Shown piece after piece: positions 1 to 7,161 of a stretch of DNA of 20,000 nucleotides. Origin of the DNA: an uncultured virus (IMG/VR IMGVR_UViG_2888703769_000002) (taxonomy: Duplodnaviria; Heunggongvirae; Uroviricota; Caudoviricetes). Position 1 is the first letter of the stretch. Each line of letters opens with the position of its first letter. The position numbers and the translations under genes were made by a program. Location of the stretch: the IMG/VR virus record IMGVR_UViG_2888703769_000002; one strand, 5' to 3'. The notes beneath the pieces were generated by a model. It was not told the origin of the DNA. It searched no databases and saw only the letters and a program-made list of their open reading frames with translations.

Positions 1-1109
1 TCATGGAACGGCGTCAACTCTGCGACTAATTCCTTACGCAACTCTTCCGCGCGCTTATGAAGCTTTTCTCCGTATTCTTTCGCAAAATCCAAGTCGAGAA
101 TATAGCCATTAGCTTCTAAGTCGACGATTACGTACAGTAACGGAATTTCAACGGTTTGATAATAGTCCAAAATCGTCGGTATTTTCGCCATGTGATAACG
201 CTGAAATTCGTACAGCTTCCACGTTAATTCCGTATCCTTCGCGGCGTAAACTAGCGCTATGTCTAACGGAACTTCTTTAAATTGCGCATTCCTGCCGAAC
301 AAAGCATCGAAAGTGTCTGCCGGTGTTTTTAAATATTTAGGCGCTAAGTCTTTGAGCTTGAACGAACCGGCTCCACCTAATGCCCGGTCACTCTCGTTTT
401 CGTTCAGAAGGTGCATCGCGGTCATCGTATCCCAAGCGACGCCTTTCAAATCGAATCCGTGCCGCCTAAGCATCGCAATATCGAATATCGCGTTGTGTAA
501 AACCTTGCCGATTGATTCGTCGTTAAATACAGGCGCCAGACCTTCGAGTACATATGCGCGACTTAACTGCTCGCAATCAACGTGCTCCACCGGTATATAA
601 ACGTGCCAGTCAGCGTTTGGCAATGTTAGCGAAAGCCCAACGATTACGTCCGTATAAACATCTACGCCAGTCGTCTCGGTATCAACTGCGATAATTTCTT
701 CGTTATTTAATGCATCGATCAGCGCCTGAAATCGTTCCTCAGTCGTAATTAATTCGTAATTATTCGGCGTATTCTCGACCATCTGCCGCAAGGTTTCTTC
801 GCGCTGCGCCTCCTGAAGCGTCTTCCATAACCGGAGCGCCTCCGCCTTGCTGAACGCTTTAGGGTTGCCGGCCTTATTAACGCAGTCAGCCGGATCACGC
901 GCCAGCTTGCCCGCATCCATGGCCGCCTTGACTTCCGTTACCCTTTTGCGATCGGCATCCGATAGCTTCATCGCGAATATCTTGCGCCAGCTTTCCTCAA
1001 TCGGCTCGGCGGTTTTGGCTTTCGCCTTCCGCTTGGCCGTCGCCTCTACTGCGTCAGATTTCGGCGCCGCCGGCTTCAGCGCGTTCAAGTTTAACCGTAA
1101 GCCTTCCAT
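1..1109 (-). CDS. polA: Phage family A DNA polymerase, N-terminal part with 3'-5' exonuclease domain; runs off the window edge
   Basis: Absent from the ORF track because there is no stop in the window. Hand translation from ATG 1109 (SD AAGGAGG): MEGLRLNLNALKPAAPK... with ExoI IAVDTETTGVDVYTDVIVGLSL, ExoII KVLHNAIFDIAML, ExoIII LVYAAKDTELTWKLY, then DLEANGYILD at the start of the PolA polymerase domain. Confidence 0.9.
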   Translation of the reverse strand, partial: MEGLRLNLNALKPAAPKSDAVEATAKRKAKAKTAEPIEESWRKIFAMKLSDADRKRVTEVKAAMDAGKLARDPADCVNKAGNPKAFSKAEALRLWKTLQEAQREETLRQMVENTPNNYELITTEERFQALIDALNNEEIIAVDTETTGVDVYTDVIVGLSLTLPNADWHVYIPVEHVDCEQLSRAYVLEGLAPVFNDESIGKVLHNAIFDIAMLRRHGFDLKGVAWDTMTAMHLLNENESDRALGGAGSFKLKDLAPKYLKTPADTFDALFGRNAQFKEVPLDIALVYAAKDTELTWKLYEFQRYHMAKIPTILDYYQTVEIPLLYVIVDLEANGYILDLDFAKEYGEKLHKRAEELRKELVAELTPFH

Positions 1110-1143
1110 CCGTCGTCCTCCTTCCTCGCGAAGTAATTGCGGG

Positions 1144-1308
1144 TTACTTTTCGATTGTATCTGCTACGGTCATAATACCGAACGCAATGACAGCGATAGC
1201 CGCGATAGGCAACGTTGCCCAAGGCGATTCATTTGCGCCATGACCCGCTGAGAATGCGACTGATATCCCGAGCGCATAAGATAGCGCGCGTTCTTTTTTC
1301 CGATTCAT
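1144..1308 (-). CDS. Small hypothetical membrane protein (54 aa)
   Basis: MNRKKERALSYALGISVAFSAG...WATLPIAAIAVIAFGIM has two hydrophobic segments. Its ATG overlaps the upstream TGA (ATGA coupling at 1305-1308). Confidence 0.7.
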   Translation of the reverse strand: MNRKKERALSYALGISVAFSAGHGANESPWATLPIAAIAVIAFGIMTVADTIEK

Positions 1309-1484
1309 AAATCGACCGCCCCCGTCCATCTTCGTTTATATTCCGCTTCGTTCTCCGCATACCACTCCGACCAGCAAGACGTCCCGCACGCATAAACCTC
1401 GAAGAGCGAATCGTAAATTGCGGATCGCCCTTCGTAAAGGTTAGCGTTACATGCGGCGCAGACGGAGGCCGGCTTAGCGGTCAA
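1305..1484 (-). CDS. Small putative zinc-binding protein (59 aa)
   Basis: TTG 1484 follows GAGG. MTAKPASVCAACNANLY...YACGTSCW carries a CxxC...CxxxC pattern. It overlaps both neighbouring genes as expected in an operon. Confidence 0.65.
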   Translation of the reverse strand: MTAKPASVCAACNANLYEGRSAIYDSLFEVYACGTSCWSEWYAENEAEYKRRWTGAVDL

Positions 1485-2736
1485 AGCGCGCCTCGACTGG
1501 CGTAATGAGTTCGACTTTAAGAAAATATCCATGCACTGTATCCACGATGGACCCACCAGATGCTTGTTTGAGGACTTCGATAATATCCCCGTTTGCCACA
1601 CGTCCAGCACACTGATTGTCTACTACTCTCGCGATATCACCTTTCTTATACTCGCCAACCTTGCGTCCGATCTTCGCCCACTTCGCTTCTTCGACTTGCT
1701 GGCGTTCGATCTCGGCGACTTCCTCTTCGGATAAAATTTCGAGCTGATCCGGCGTTGCATAGCCGAAGCGCTCGGCATCGCCCACGATTCGAATACGTTT
1801 ACCCTCAGGATGATCGAAGTTATTATATCCAACCTCGTAAATCTTACCGTTCTCAAACCCGCGTAAAGGGTACGGTCCGCCGCCTGAAAGCAACCGCACT
1901 TTAGCGCCTCTTTTGAATTTAGCGCGTGCTGCTGCGTCTTTAGCTTCGGCAACTTCTTCGTCAGTGGCGCGTACAACTTCCGATGCAGCGACGTACCAAA
2001 CTTCTCCGTCTAAGAGACGTCGCGCTTCAAAATTCGGGTTGTTTCCCGCCTCAATTAACTCGATTATGTCATCGGTATCAAACAGGTGGCCGAATTCCTC
2101 ACGGACCACCTTCGCATAATCACCGACCTTCAGGCGCTCAGGCTTCGGCTCAGCTTCTGCGGTTACGGCGCTTACTTTGCGGTAGAATACGAAGTCACGG
2201 TTACTAGCGTCATACTCGTCTCCATCATCGTCAGTGATCCAAGGATCTCTATAACTATCGAATCGAACAATTTCGTAATATTCCTCATCGGTTAAGTAGT
2301 CCGGAGGATCATCGAACTTAACGTAATCGCCCACATTCGCCTCATCTGCGTCAATCCGTACGTACCCCGCTTCACCCTTCAACTTAGCCACGTCGGATTT
2401 TAACGATTCGATTTCGCCTTCCGCGGAGCTGACGCGTTCTTCTAAGGACGGATCGGTGCTAGCGGATACTTTGCAGAAGAGTACGTAATCGTCGTCATCT
2501 CTAAACCGCTCATCATCCACGTCGTCCAAGAATCTAACGTCGTCCGCATGGTCGGCATCCTCCGTAATTTTGTAGAAAGCGCCATAGGTAATGTCGTAAC
2601 CGCCTTTGTCGGCCAGTACCAAATCGCCCATCTTCGGTAAACCTTCCGCCTTCACATATTCCGCACCGCCATACGAAACCTTCGTAATTTCACCGTTCAC
2701 CATATCGAGTGTCTTAACGCCGTTTAATTTCGCCAT
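1474..2736 (-). CDS. Hypothetical modular phage protein (420 aa) with repeated beta-rich SH3/KOW-like segments
   Basis: Long ORF with SD GGAGG. Repeated motifs KMGDLV, NVGDYVK, KVGDYAKV, KRGAKVR and KKGDIARV. Confidence 0.75.
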   Translation of the reverse strand: MAKLNGVKTLDMVNGEITKVSYGGAEYVKAEGLPKMGDLVLADKGGYDITYGAFYKITEDADHADDVRFLDDVDDERFRDDDDYVLFCKVSASTDPSLEERVSSAEGEIESLKSDVAKLKGEAGYVRIDADEANVGDYVKFDDPPDYLTDEEYYEIVRFDSYRDPWITDDDGDEYDASNRDFVFYRKVSAVTAEAEPKPERLKVGDYAKVVREEFGHLFDTDDIIELIEAGNNPNFEARRLLDGEVWYVAASEVVRATDEEVAEAKDAAARAKFKRGAKVRLLSGGGPYPLRGFENGKIYEVGYNNFDHPEGKRIRIVGDAERFGYATPDQLEILSEEEVAEIERQQVEEAKWAKIGRKVGEYKKGDIARVVDNQCAGRVANGDIIEVLKQASGGSIVDTVHGYFLKVELITPVEARFDR

Positions 2737-3171
2737 TTATACCGCCTCCGATTCGTTAATTTTCGTAAGATCTACGTCTTCACGTCGAAAGTTCAAATCC
2801 ATCCGTACCCACCGCTTGCCGTCCTTCGACTGCGGCCCCCAATACTCGGTAAGCTCGCGATTCTCGAACATCCACACGGTAGGTACCGGACCACGGCCGA
2901 TAAGCACGCCGATAAAGTAATCGACTTCATCGAGCTTATATGGTGTCCGGTCGCTTTTCCGCGCCTGAACGATGAGGCTGCCGCGCTTCTTTCGATCATA
3001 AATCGTCTTCACCTGAAACGTTTTCCACTCGCCACTCAACGGACACTTTGCGCTAATATCGAACGCTTCTTCCGTTTCGGACGTACTGACCGCCTGCCAG
3101 CCGCTAGCCAGCAGCGCAGCACGTGCGATCAGTTCCGAATACTTGCCGGTATCTTCTGCTTTATGCGCCAT
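2737..3171 (-). CDS. PD-(D/E)XK-family nuclease (Holliday-junction resolvase-like or PDDEXK_5-like)
   Basis: ATG 3171 follows AAGGAGG. Motifs GKYSELIARAALLASGW, AFDIS, FQVKT and YKLDEVDYFIGV. It lies directly downstream of the SSB gene. Confidence 0.7.
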   Translation of the reverse strand: MAHKAEDTGKYSELIARAALLASGWQAVSTSETEEAFDISAKCPLSGEWKTFQVKTIYDRKKRGSLIVQARKSDRTPYKLDEVDYFIGVLIGRGPVPTVWMFENRELTEYWGPQSKDGKRWVRMDLNFRREDVDLTKINESEAV

Positions 3172-3205
3172 ATAAGCGCCTCCTTTTCGTTTGGTTGGTA
3201 CGTGA

Positions 3206-3976
3206 TTAGAACGGTAATTCTTCGTCGCTAGGCTTCCAAGGCTCAGGTTCGTTAGAGTCTGTCGCACTGCCGCCCTCTAACGGAGGCAATACAGATTTCT
3301 TAACACCGTCTTTCGCTTCGTGTAGCAGCTTAACAATGTCGCTTTCTTCACGAAAGTTTGCGAGCTCTTCGTACTTGTAATCGATGCCGATAAATGCTTT
3401 TGCTTCTTCAATGACTTCGTCAGGGAGATCACCCGTTTCCAACGAGTACGTTTTATCTGCCTGTTTAAAGTGAACCGCCTGACCTACGAGTGTGTAATCC
3501 GGAAGGATCTTCTTCGCAGGTTTCTCGGCCTTGTCATAGTCGTCGATTAAATTGTTCGCGTGGAACTCAGCGATATCAATTACGCGATAGGTTTTATATT
3601 TCGGATCGTAGACCGGAATCATAAAAAACATCTTACGTTGCGCTCCAGCTTTGCACGAAATGCATTCATCCTTACCGGGACGGAAATACTGCTGTAATTC
3701 TTCCGTGCCTACTTTATCGTGTGGAGAGTGCAGGCATGTGTGTTTGCGGAATTTGTGATCATAACCTTTCCCCGTGTATTCTTTATTTTCGTGAACAAAG
3801 TAGATGTACCAATCGTCAGGCTGCGCGAGAATGACTAAGTTGCGGCCGTCTTTGTTGATTTCTCCATAGCTTCCAACGCGAACATATCGCGTAACACCTT
3901 CCGGGAATTCACTTTCGCCACTTGACGCTTTATCCCGTTCCTCTTCACGTTTCTTTAAGATATCTCGAATGCTCAT
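3206..3976 (-). CDS. Single-stranded DNA-binding protein, T4 gp32-like
   Basis: Start reassigned to ATG 3976 (SD AGGGGG; MSIRDILKK). His/Cys ligands (FVH...HTC...CISC) and an acidic tail ending SDEELPF, which is typical of SSBs. Replication-module context. Confidence 0.75.
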   Translation of the reverse strand: MSIRDILKKREEERDKASSGESEFPEGVTRYVRVGSYGEINKDGRNLVILAQPDDWYIYFVHENKEYTGKGYDHKFRKHTCLHSPHDKVGTEELQQYFRPGKDECISCKAGAQRKMFFMIPVYDPKYKTYRVIDIAEFHANNLIDDYDKAEKPAKKILPDYTLVGQAVHFKQADKTYSLETGDLPDEVIEEAKAFIGIDYKYEELANFREESDIVKLLHEAKDGVKKSVLPPLEGGSATDSNEPEPWKPSDEELPF

Positions 3977-4012
3977 TCGTTTTCCCCCTACGTTTTTATT
4001 AAGGCTTTTCGC

Positions 4013-4111
4013 CCTCGCAAAATGCCGGTATCTGCGCCCGAAACGCCGCCAGCGCTTGGCAGTAGCGACGCGACACGGATTACCTAACGGCCGCCCCGGC
4101 ATTCTCCGAGG
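4013..4111 (-). ncRNA. Putative structured RNA element in the SSB 5' leader
   Basis: Non-coding GC-rich stretch. Minus-strand CCUCGGAGAAUGCCGG pairs with CCGGCAUUUUGCGAGG and encloses an inner GCGUCGCUA/UGGCGGCGU stem. Confidence 0.45.
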
Positions 4112-4122
4112 ACGCGACGCGC

Positions 4123-4221
4123 CTAGCATGCGTCGTCTTCGCCAATTTGCGTCCACATGCCGAAAAGTATTAATCCGATGATGACGGCGGCAATCGGTCC
4201 CACCCACGAAAGATCAGACAT
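4123..4221 (-). CDS. Unannotated 32-aa single-pass membrane peptide
   Basis: SD GAAAGGAG at 4231-4238 and ATG 4221. MSDLSWVGPIAAVIIGLILFGMWTQIGEDDAC*. Overlaps the stop of the upstream gene. Confidence 0.65.
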   Translation of the reverse strand: MSDLSWVGPIAAVIIGLILFGMWTQIGEDDAC

Positions 4222-4732
4222 ACGCCGCAACTCCTTTCGCCGCTTTTGTAAGCCTGCGTTTTAATTCGAAGGATTCAGCGGGTAATTCGTCAATCCGCAT
4301 CTGAACCGCATTGATTCGCGCTTGGTACGCCATCTTCTTCGCTTTTGAACGCGTTCGTTTAAGCTCGGCCGTCAGGTGCGCTATTTCTTCGTGAAGTTCC
4401 GCGGCATAATTTTCGTTATTTTGAACCGCAGCCTCTACGCTTTGTTTCATCGTGTAATACGCTTCGTTGATAAATCGGATCGCCGTATTCTTTTCGGAAG
4501 GATGAACGGTCAGTACATGATCGCTATTCAGCGCGAAGAGTATAATGACTCCTTTTCCGCCGTACATTCGCGCTTCCTTACCGTTAGAATCTACGGTGAT
4601 CCCGAGATACTTTACGTGCTGAAGCTTTTGCGCAATCCATTTACGCGCTACGTGTAAATTCGTAATATTGTAACGTTCCTTCAGGCGCTTGCGTGCGTGG
4701 TGCGAAAACTTGACCTGACCGGCGGTAATCAT
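4214..4732 (-). CDS. Hypothetical protein with a DUF4258/RelE-like N-terminus and a coiled-coil C-terminus
   Basis: VKFSHHARKRLKERY resembles the 'HA..R..ER' start of DUF4258/RelE-fold proteins. The C-terminus is helical. ATGA coupling with the upstream ORF. Confidence 0.6.
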   Translation of the reverse strand: MITAGQVKFSHHARKRLKERYNITNLHVARKWIAQKLQHVKYLGITVDSNGKEARMYGGKGVIILFALNSDHVLTVHPSEKNTAIRFINEAYYTMKQSVEAAVQNNENYAAELHEEIAHLTAELKRTRSKAKKMAYQARINAVQMRIDELPAESFELKRRLTKAAKGVAAYV

Positions 4733-4890
4733 CCGACGCGCACCGCCTTAATCGATGTAGCCGGGAAATAGTCGGCCGGATCTTCGTCGTGCGGCCATGC
4801 GCCTTGGTAAATGAAATCGGTTAGTTTGCGCTCATCTAGCGCTAAAAGCGTTTGAGATTCGTTAAATGTGGGTAAATTCGATGTATGCAT
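4729..4890 (-). CDS. Unannotated hypothetical protein (53 aa)
   Basis: SD GGAGG at 4901-4905 and ATG 4890. MHTSNLPTFNESQTLLALDERKLTDFIYQGAWPHDEDPADYFPATSIKAVRVG*. Its stop overlaps the next ATG. Confidence 0.65.
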   Translation of the reverse strand: MHTSNLPTFNESQTLLALDERKLTDFIYQGAWPHDEDPADYFPATSIKAVRVG

Positions 4891-4921
4891 AGTACGTTAG
4901 CCTCCGTTATTTTAAGGATAA

Positions 4922-5024
4922 TCGCACTAGGCCGAGGACATGTTCGCATAATTGTTCTCTTGAATTCGTTGACAATATGCAATACAATGAGGACGTAGCG
5001 AAAGTCCTTCGGGCCTAGCTGCGA
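4922..5024 (-). ncRNA. Putative structured RNA or processing element downstream of the sigma-like gene
   Basis: Outer arms UCGCAGCUAGGCC / GGCCUAGUGCGA enclose hairpins AGGAC/GUCCU and GCAUAUUGU/ACAAUUAUGC. Confidence 0.45.
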
Positions 5025-5032
5025 CAGAAATA

Positions 5033-5560
5033 TTAAGCTGTTAATTCGCGTTGACAGTTTGATCGGAATCGTTGGATAAACTTTCGATGGGACGGAGCAT
5101 TTCCTCCAAAACGTTGCGCCAACAACGTGGAAACTTCCGTATCGTTTGTACATCCGCGAGTCCAAGTATCGAGAATAAGTTTTTTTCTTTCGTCGTCCTG
5201 CGCCAACAGGGCGACTTTTTCTTTAAGCAAAACCGCGTCCTCAACACTCGCCAAAGTGTCTTCCGGCTCCCAAACGGTTCCTTCTTCGTTAATTGCTTCG
5301 ATTGCGATTTCGTCCCTAGATCGTCTATTCTTCACAAATCTATGCCGGGTTTCGCGAATAATGCGCTGTATCAACGCCTTTTTTTCGCGTCCATTTTCCG
5401 CAAGATTTTCTAACGTCCTTCCGATCGCTTGATAGCACTCCTGCTCAAAGGAGGTAAAATCCGGAATTAGATGGGCGATTCGTTCCGCTTCCTTAGTTAC
5501 GTAGGGAATCGCACCACTGTCGGCTGCTAACTGAAGTCTATTAAATTGTTTTTGTTCCAA
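5033..5560 (-). CDS. Phage sigma-70/ECF-like RNA polymerase sigma factor or transcriptional activator (175 aa)
   Basis: Start reassigned to TTG 5560 (SD GAAAGGAG at 5569-5576). Region-2-like FEQECYQAIGRTL...LIQRIIRETRHRFVKNRR, linker EPEDTLASVEDAVL, and region-4-like DERKKLILDTWTRGCTNDTEVSTLLA...HRKFIQRFR. Confidence 0.55.
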   Translation of the reverse strand: MEQKQFNRLQLAADSGAIPYVTKEAERIAHLIPDFTSFEQECYQAIGRTLENLAENGREKKALIQRIIRETRHRFVKNRRSRDEIAIEAINEEGTVWEPEDTLASVEDAVLLKEKVALLAQDDERKKLILDTWTRGCTNDTEVSTLLAQRFGGNAPSHRKFIQRFRSNCQRELTA

Positions 5561-5576
5561 TTTGATATCTCCTTTC

Positions 5577-5622
5577 GCCTTACACTTATATAACGGGTAG
5601 GCAGTAAATGATTTTGCGACAT
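5577..5622 (-). promoter_or_regulatory. 46-bp conserved element, copy 1; putative phage-sigma promoter
   Basis: Minus strand ATGTCGCAAAAT-N8-GCCTACCCGTTATATAAGTGTAAGGC. Apart from the N8 spacer it differs from 17130-17175 at one base. It sits immediately upstream of the SD. Confidence 0.7.
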
Positions 5623-5693
5623 TTCTTTTTAAAAACTTTTTATTAATTTCTTCTATGACCATATCGTACCAAAAATTCGTTTGTTTTTTCGGA

Positions 5694-5731
5694 AAGTTGC
5701 GATATTTATATTATGGAAATTTAGTCAACTT
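5694..5731. promoter_or_regulatory. Candidate AimR operator (AAGTTG-N26-CAACTT)
   Basis: A 6-bp inverted repeat with a 26-bp spacer just downstream of aimP and its terminator. The geometry resembles the SPbeta AimR site (6-bp arms, about 25-bp spacer). An extended -10 TGGTACGAT follows on the minus strand at 5663-5671. Confidence 0.45.
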
Positions 5732-5741
5732 CTTGTATAGA

Positions 5742-5767
5742 CAAAAAGAAAAGAGCCCGAAGGCTCT
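5742..5767 (-). terminator. Rho-independent terminator after aimP
   Basis: AGAGCC-UUCG-GGCUCU followed by UUUCUUUUU on the minus strand. Confidence 0.85.
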
Positions 5768-5777
5768 GCTTGTATTA

Positions 5778-5906
5778 TCAACCTCCGGGGCGAAGTTCAG
5801 CTGTTCCGAAGGTCTTATCACTGCTTGCGTATTCAAACCCTTTAAGCTGTCCGGCTGCTGAAAAAAACGCTGCGATCACTAAAACACTCAATAAAATCTT
5901 CTTCAA
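5778..5906 (-). CDS. aimP: Arbitrium signalling pre-pro-peptide AimP (42 aa; predicted mature peptide ELRPGG)
   Basis: SD AAGGAG at 5917-5922 and TTG 5906. MKKILLSVLVIAAFFSAAGQLKGFEYASSDKTFGTA-ELRPGG* has a Sec signal peptide and a C-terminal hexapeptide after Ala. It lies directly after the aimR-like gene. Confidence 0.9.
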   Translation of the reverse strand: MKKILLSVLVIAAFFSAAGQLKGFEYASSDKTFGTAELRPGG

Positions 5907-7026
5907 AATAAAACATCTCCTTTTTGTTGTGTTTGTAACTACTCAATGTTTCTAATAAATAAGGGTGTATGCCTGTGGAGAGTAGATCTGAAGCTATAAG
6001 CGCTGAAATAAAGAAGTTTGACTTATATAAGAATTTACGATGGCCTTCAAGAAGATTATCAACACCCCCTTTTTCATAGATCTTTAAGCACTCATAAAAA
6101 CTGTCTCCTTCTTCTAAATAAACCACCTCCTCTAAAGTTTCAAGGTATTTACTTAACTTTTGTGTATCACTTCTATACTGATACGCTTTTGCCATTACTA
6201 AGTTATTATAAGAGTCATTTATGAGATAATCTACACCAGTTAGTCGCATTAGAGAATAACTTTTTTCAAAATATTTAATTGACTCGTCTGGATTATGAAG
6301 TAATTTGGTCATTCCTAGAAGATAGGTGGCATCTGCTTTTAATTTTGGAGATATATTAGCTTGTAGTATGATATTCGCGTAATGTGCCGCCCCTTTAAGA
6401 TTATTTAATTTGAGATATGTGGGAGCTATCATTTCCGCAAACCTATGAATATAACACTCCTTTATAAATAGCTCTCTTTTATCATTCATTTTATTTATGC
6501 TTCTTCCAATTTCCATCGCCTCAGAAATCACGAGGAAGTACTCCCCCAAACTGTAATTTCCATAACACTTGTAAATTCCAGCTAGTATGTGAAGCTCTTT
6601 ATCTTTTGAAGCCTTGAATTCGTTCATTTCTTGAATCATCTCTTTAATCGATATTTTCATATCCATATAATTTAATATAGTACGATACATAGAAACATAC
6701 GATTTTAGATGATATTTCCCCTTATGTTCATTAATTAAGTGTTCAAGTAGCTTAGTGTTTCTGGTTATCGCAGCATACTCAAATGCTTGTTTAACCATCT
6801 CTTTAGAGGTATCGTCTAACTGTATGCACCAGCTCGAAATCTTACTGTCTGGATCTTTTGGAAATAATAAGTGCGCCATAACTACTAATGCCCTAAAGCC
6901 GATCGTGCCATCTTTTTTAAATTTTGTCATCGATGATTTATCAACACGTAGTTCTTTTGCTATCTGAGAATACTTTATATCATGGTCCTCGATGAAGTCA
7001 CAAAGTTCTCGTCTTATCGCCTCCAA
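5842..7026 (-). CDS. aimR: Arbitrium receptor AimR (RRNPP family; HTH plus TPR)
   Basis: 394 aa with an N-terminal XRE-like HTH. WCIQLD...VKQAFEYA matches the AimR YCLNLD...ARSALEYA motif, and KFLYKSNFFISALIASDLLSTG..LLETL matches the AimR C-terminus. A secreted peptide gene follows. Confidence 0.9.
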   Translation of the reverse strand: MEAIRRELCDFIEDHDIKYSQIAKELRVDKSSMTKFKKDGTIGFRALVVMAHLLFPKDPDSKISSWCIQLDDTSKEMVKQAFEYAAITRNTKLLEHLINEHKGKYHLKSYVSMYRTILNYMDMKISIKEMIQEMNEFKASKDKELHILAGIYKCYGNYSLGEYFLVISEAMEIGRSINKMNDKRELFIKECYIHRFAEMIAPTYLKLNNLKGAAHYANIILQANISPKLKADATYLLGMTKLLHNPDESIKYFEKSYSLMRLTGVDYLINDSYNNLVMAKAYQYRSDTQKLSKYLETLEEVVYLEEGDSFYECLKIYEKGGVDNLLEGHRKFLYKSNFFISALIASDLLSTGIHPYLLETLSSYKHNKKEMFYFEEDFIECFSDRSVFFSSRTA

Positions 7027-7054
7027 TTTTGGAGAGCCCCCTTTCTGCCGTTTC

Positions 7055-7082
7055 TTGAATTATTTTCAATTTAGAGTATAAT
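7055..7082 (+). promoter_or_regulatory. Putative sigma-A promoter for the HTH gene pair
   Basis: TTGAAT (7055-7060), a 16-bp spacer and TATAAT (7077-7082), divergent from aimR. Confidence 0.55.
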
Positions 7083-7098
7083 TGAATCATACGATAAA

Positions 7099-7144
7099 TG
7101 TTCAGCAGTGTCTACATTTTTTGTTCAGTAGTGCCGACATTTTT
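7099..7144. repeat. Tandem 23-bp direct repeat; putative operator pair
   Basis: TGTTCAGCAGTGTCTACATTTTT / TGTTCAGTAGTGCCGACATTTTT (20 of 23 identical), between the divergent aimR and HTH genes. Confidence 0.75.
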
Positions 7145-7161
7145 TAAAAGGAGTATTTAAA

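Noticed and set aside
259..1251. Plus-strand ORFs 259..600 and 847..1251, and similar antisense or alternate-frame ORFs throughout the window
   Set aside because: They are shadows of the real minus-strand genes, here polA, and have no recognisable domains.
3977..4207. Arg-rich N-terminal extension of the 333-aa ORF
   Set aside because: The SD and start at 3976 are better. The region is better explained by a small ORF in another frame plus RNA structure.
4933..4946. Possible LexA SOS box CGAGGACATGTTCG
   Set aside because: The left half deviates from CGAAC at key positions, and the sequence is part of the RNA stem.
4985..5010. Hammerhead-like look (ATGAGGAC...CGAAAGTCC)
   Set aside because: It lacks the CUGANGA core and the correct stem order on either strand.
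5561..5662. N-terminal extension of the sigma-like ORF
   Set aside because: It runs through the promoter element, and the strong SD supports TTG 5560.
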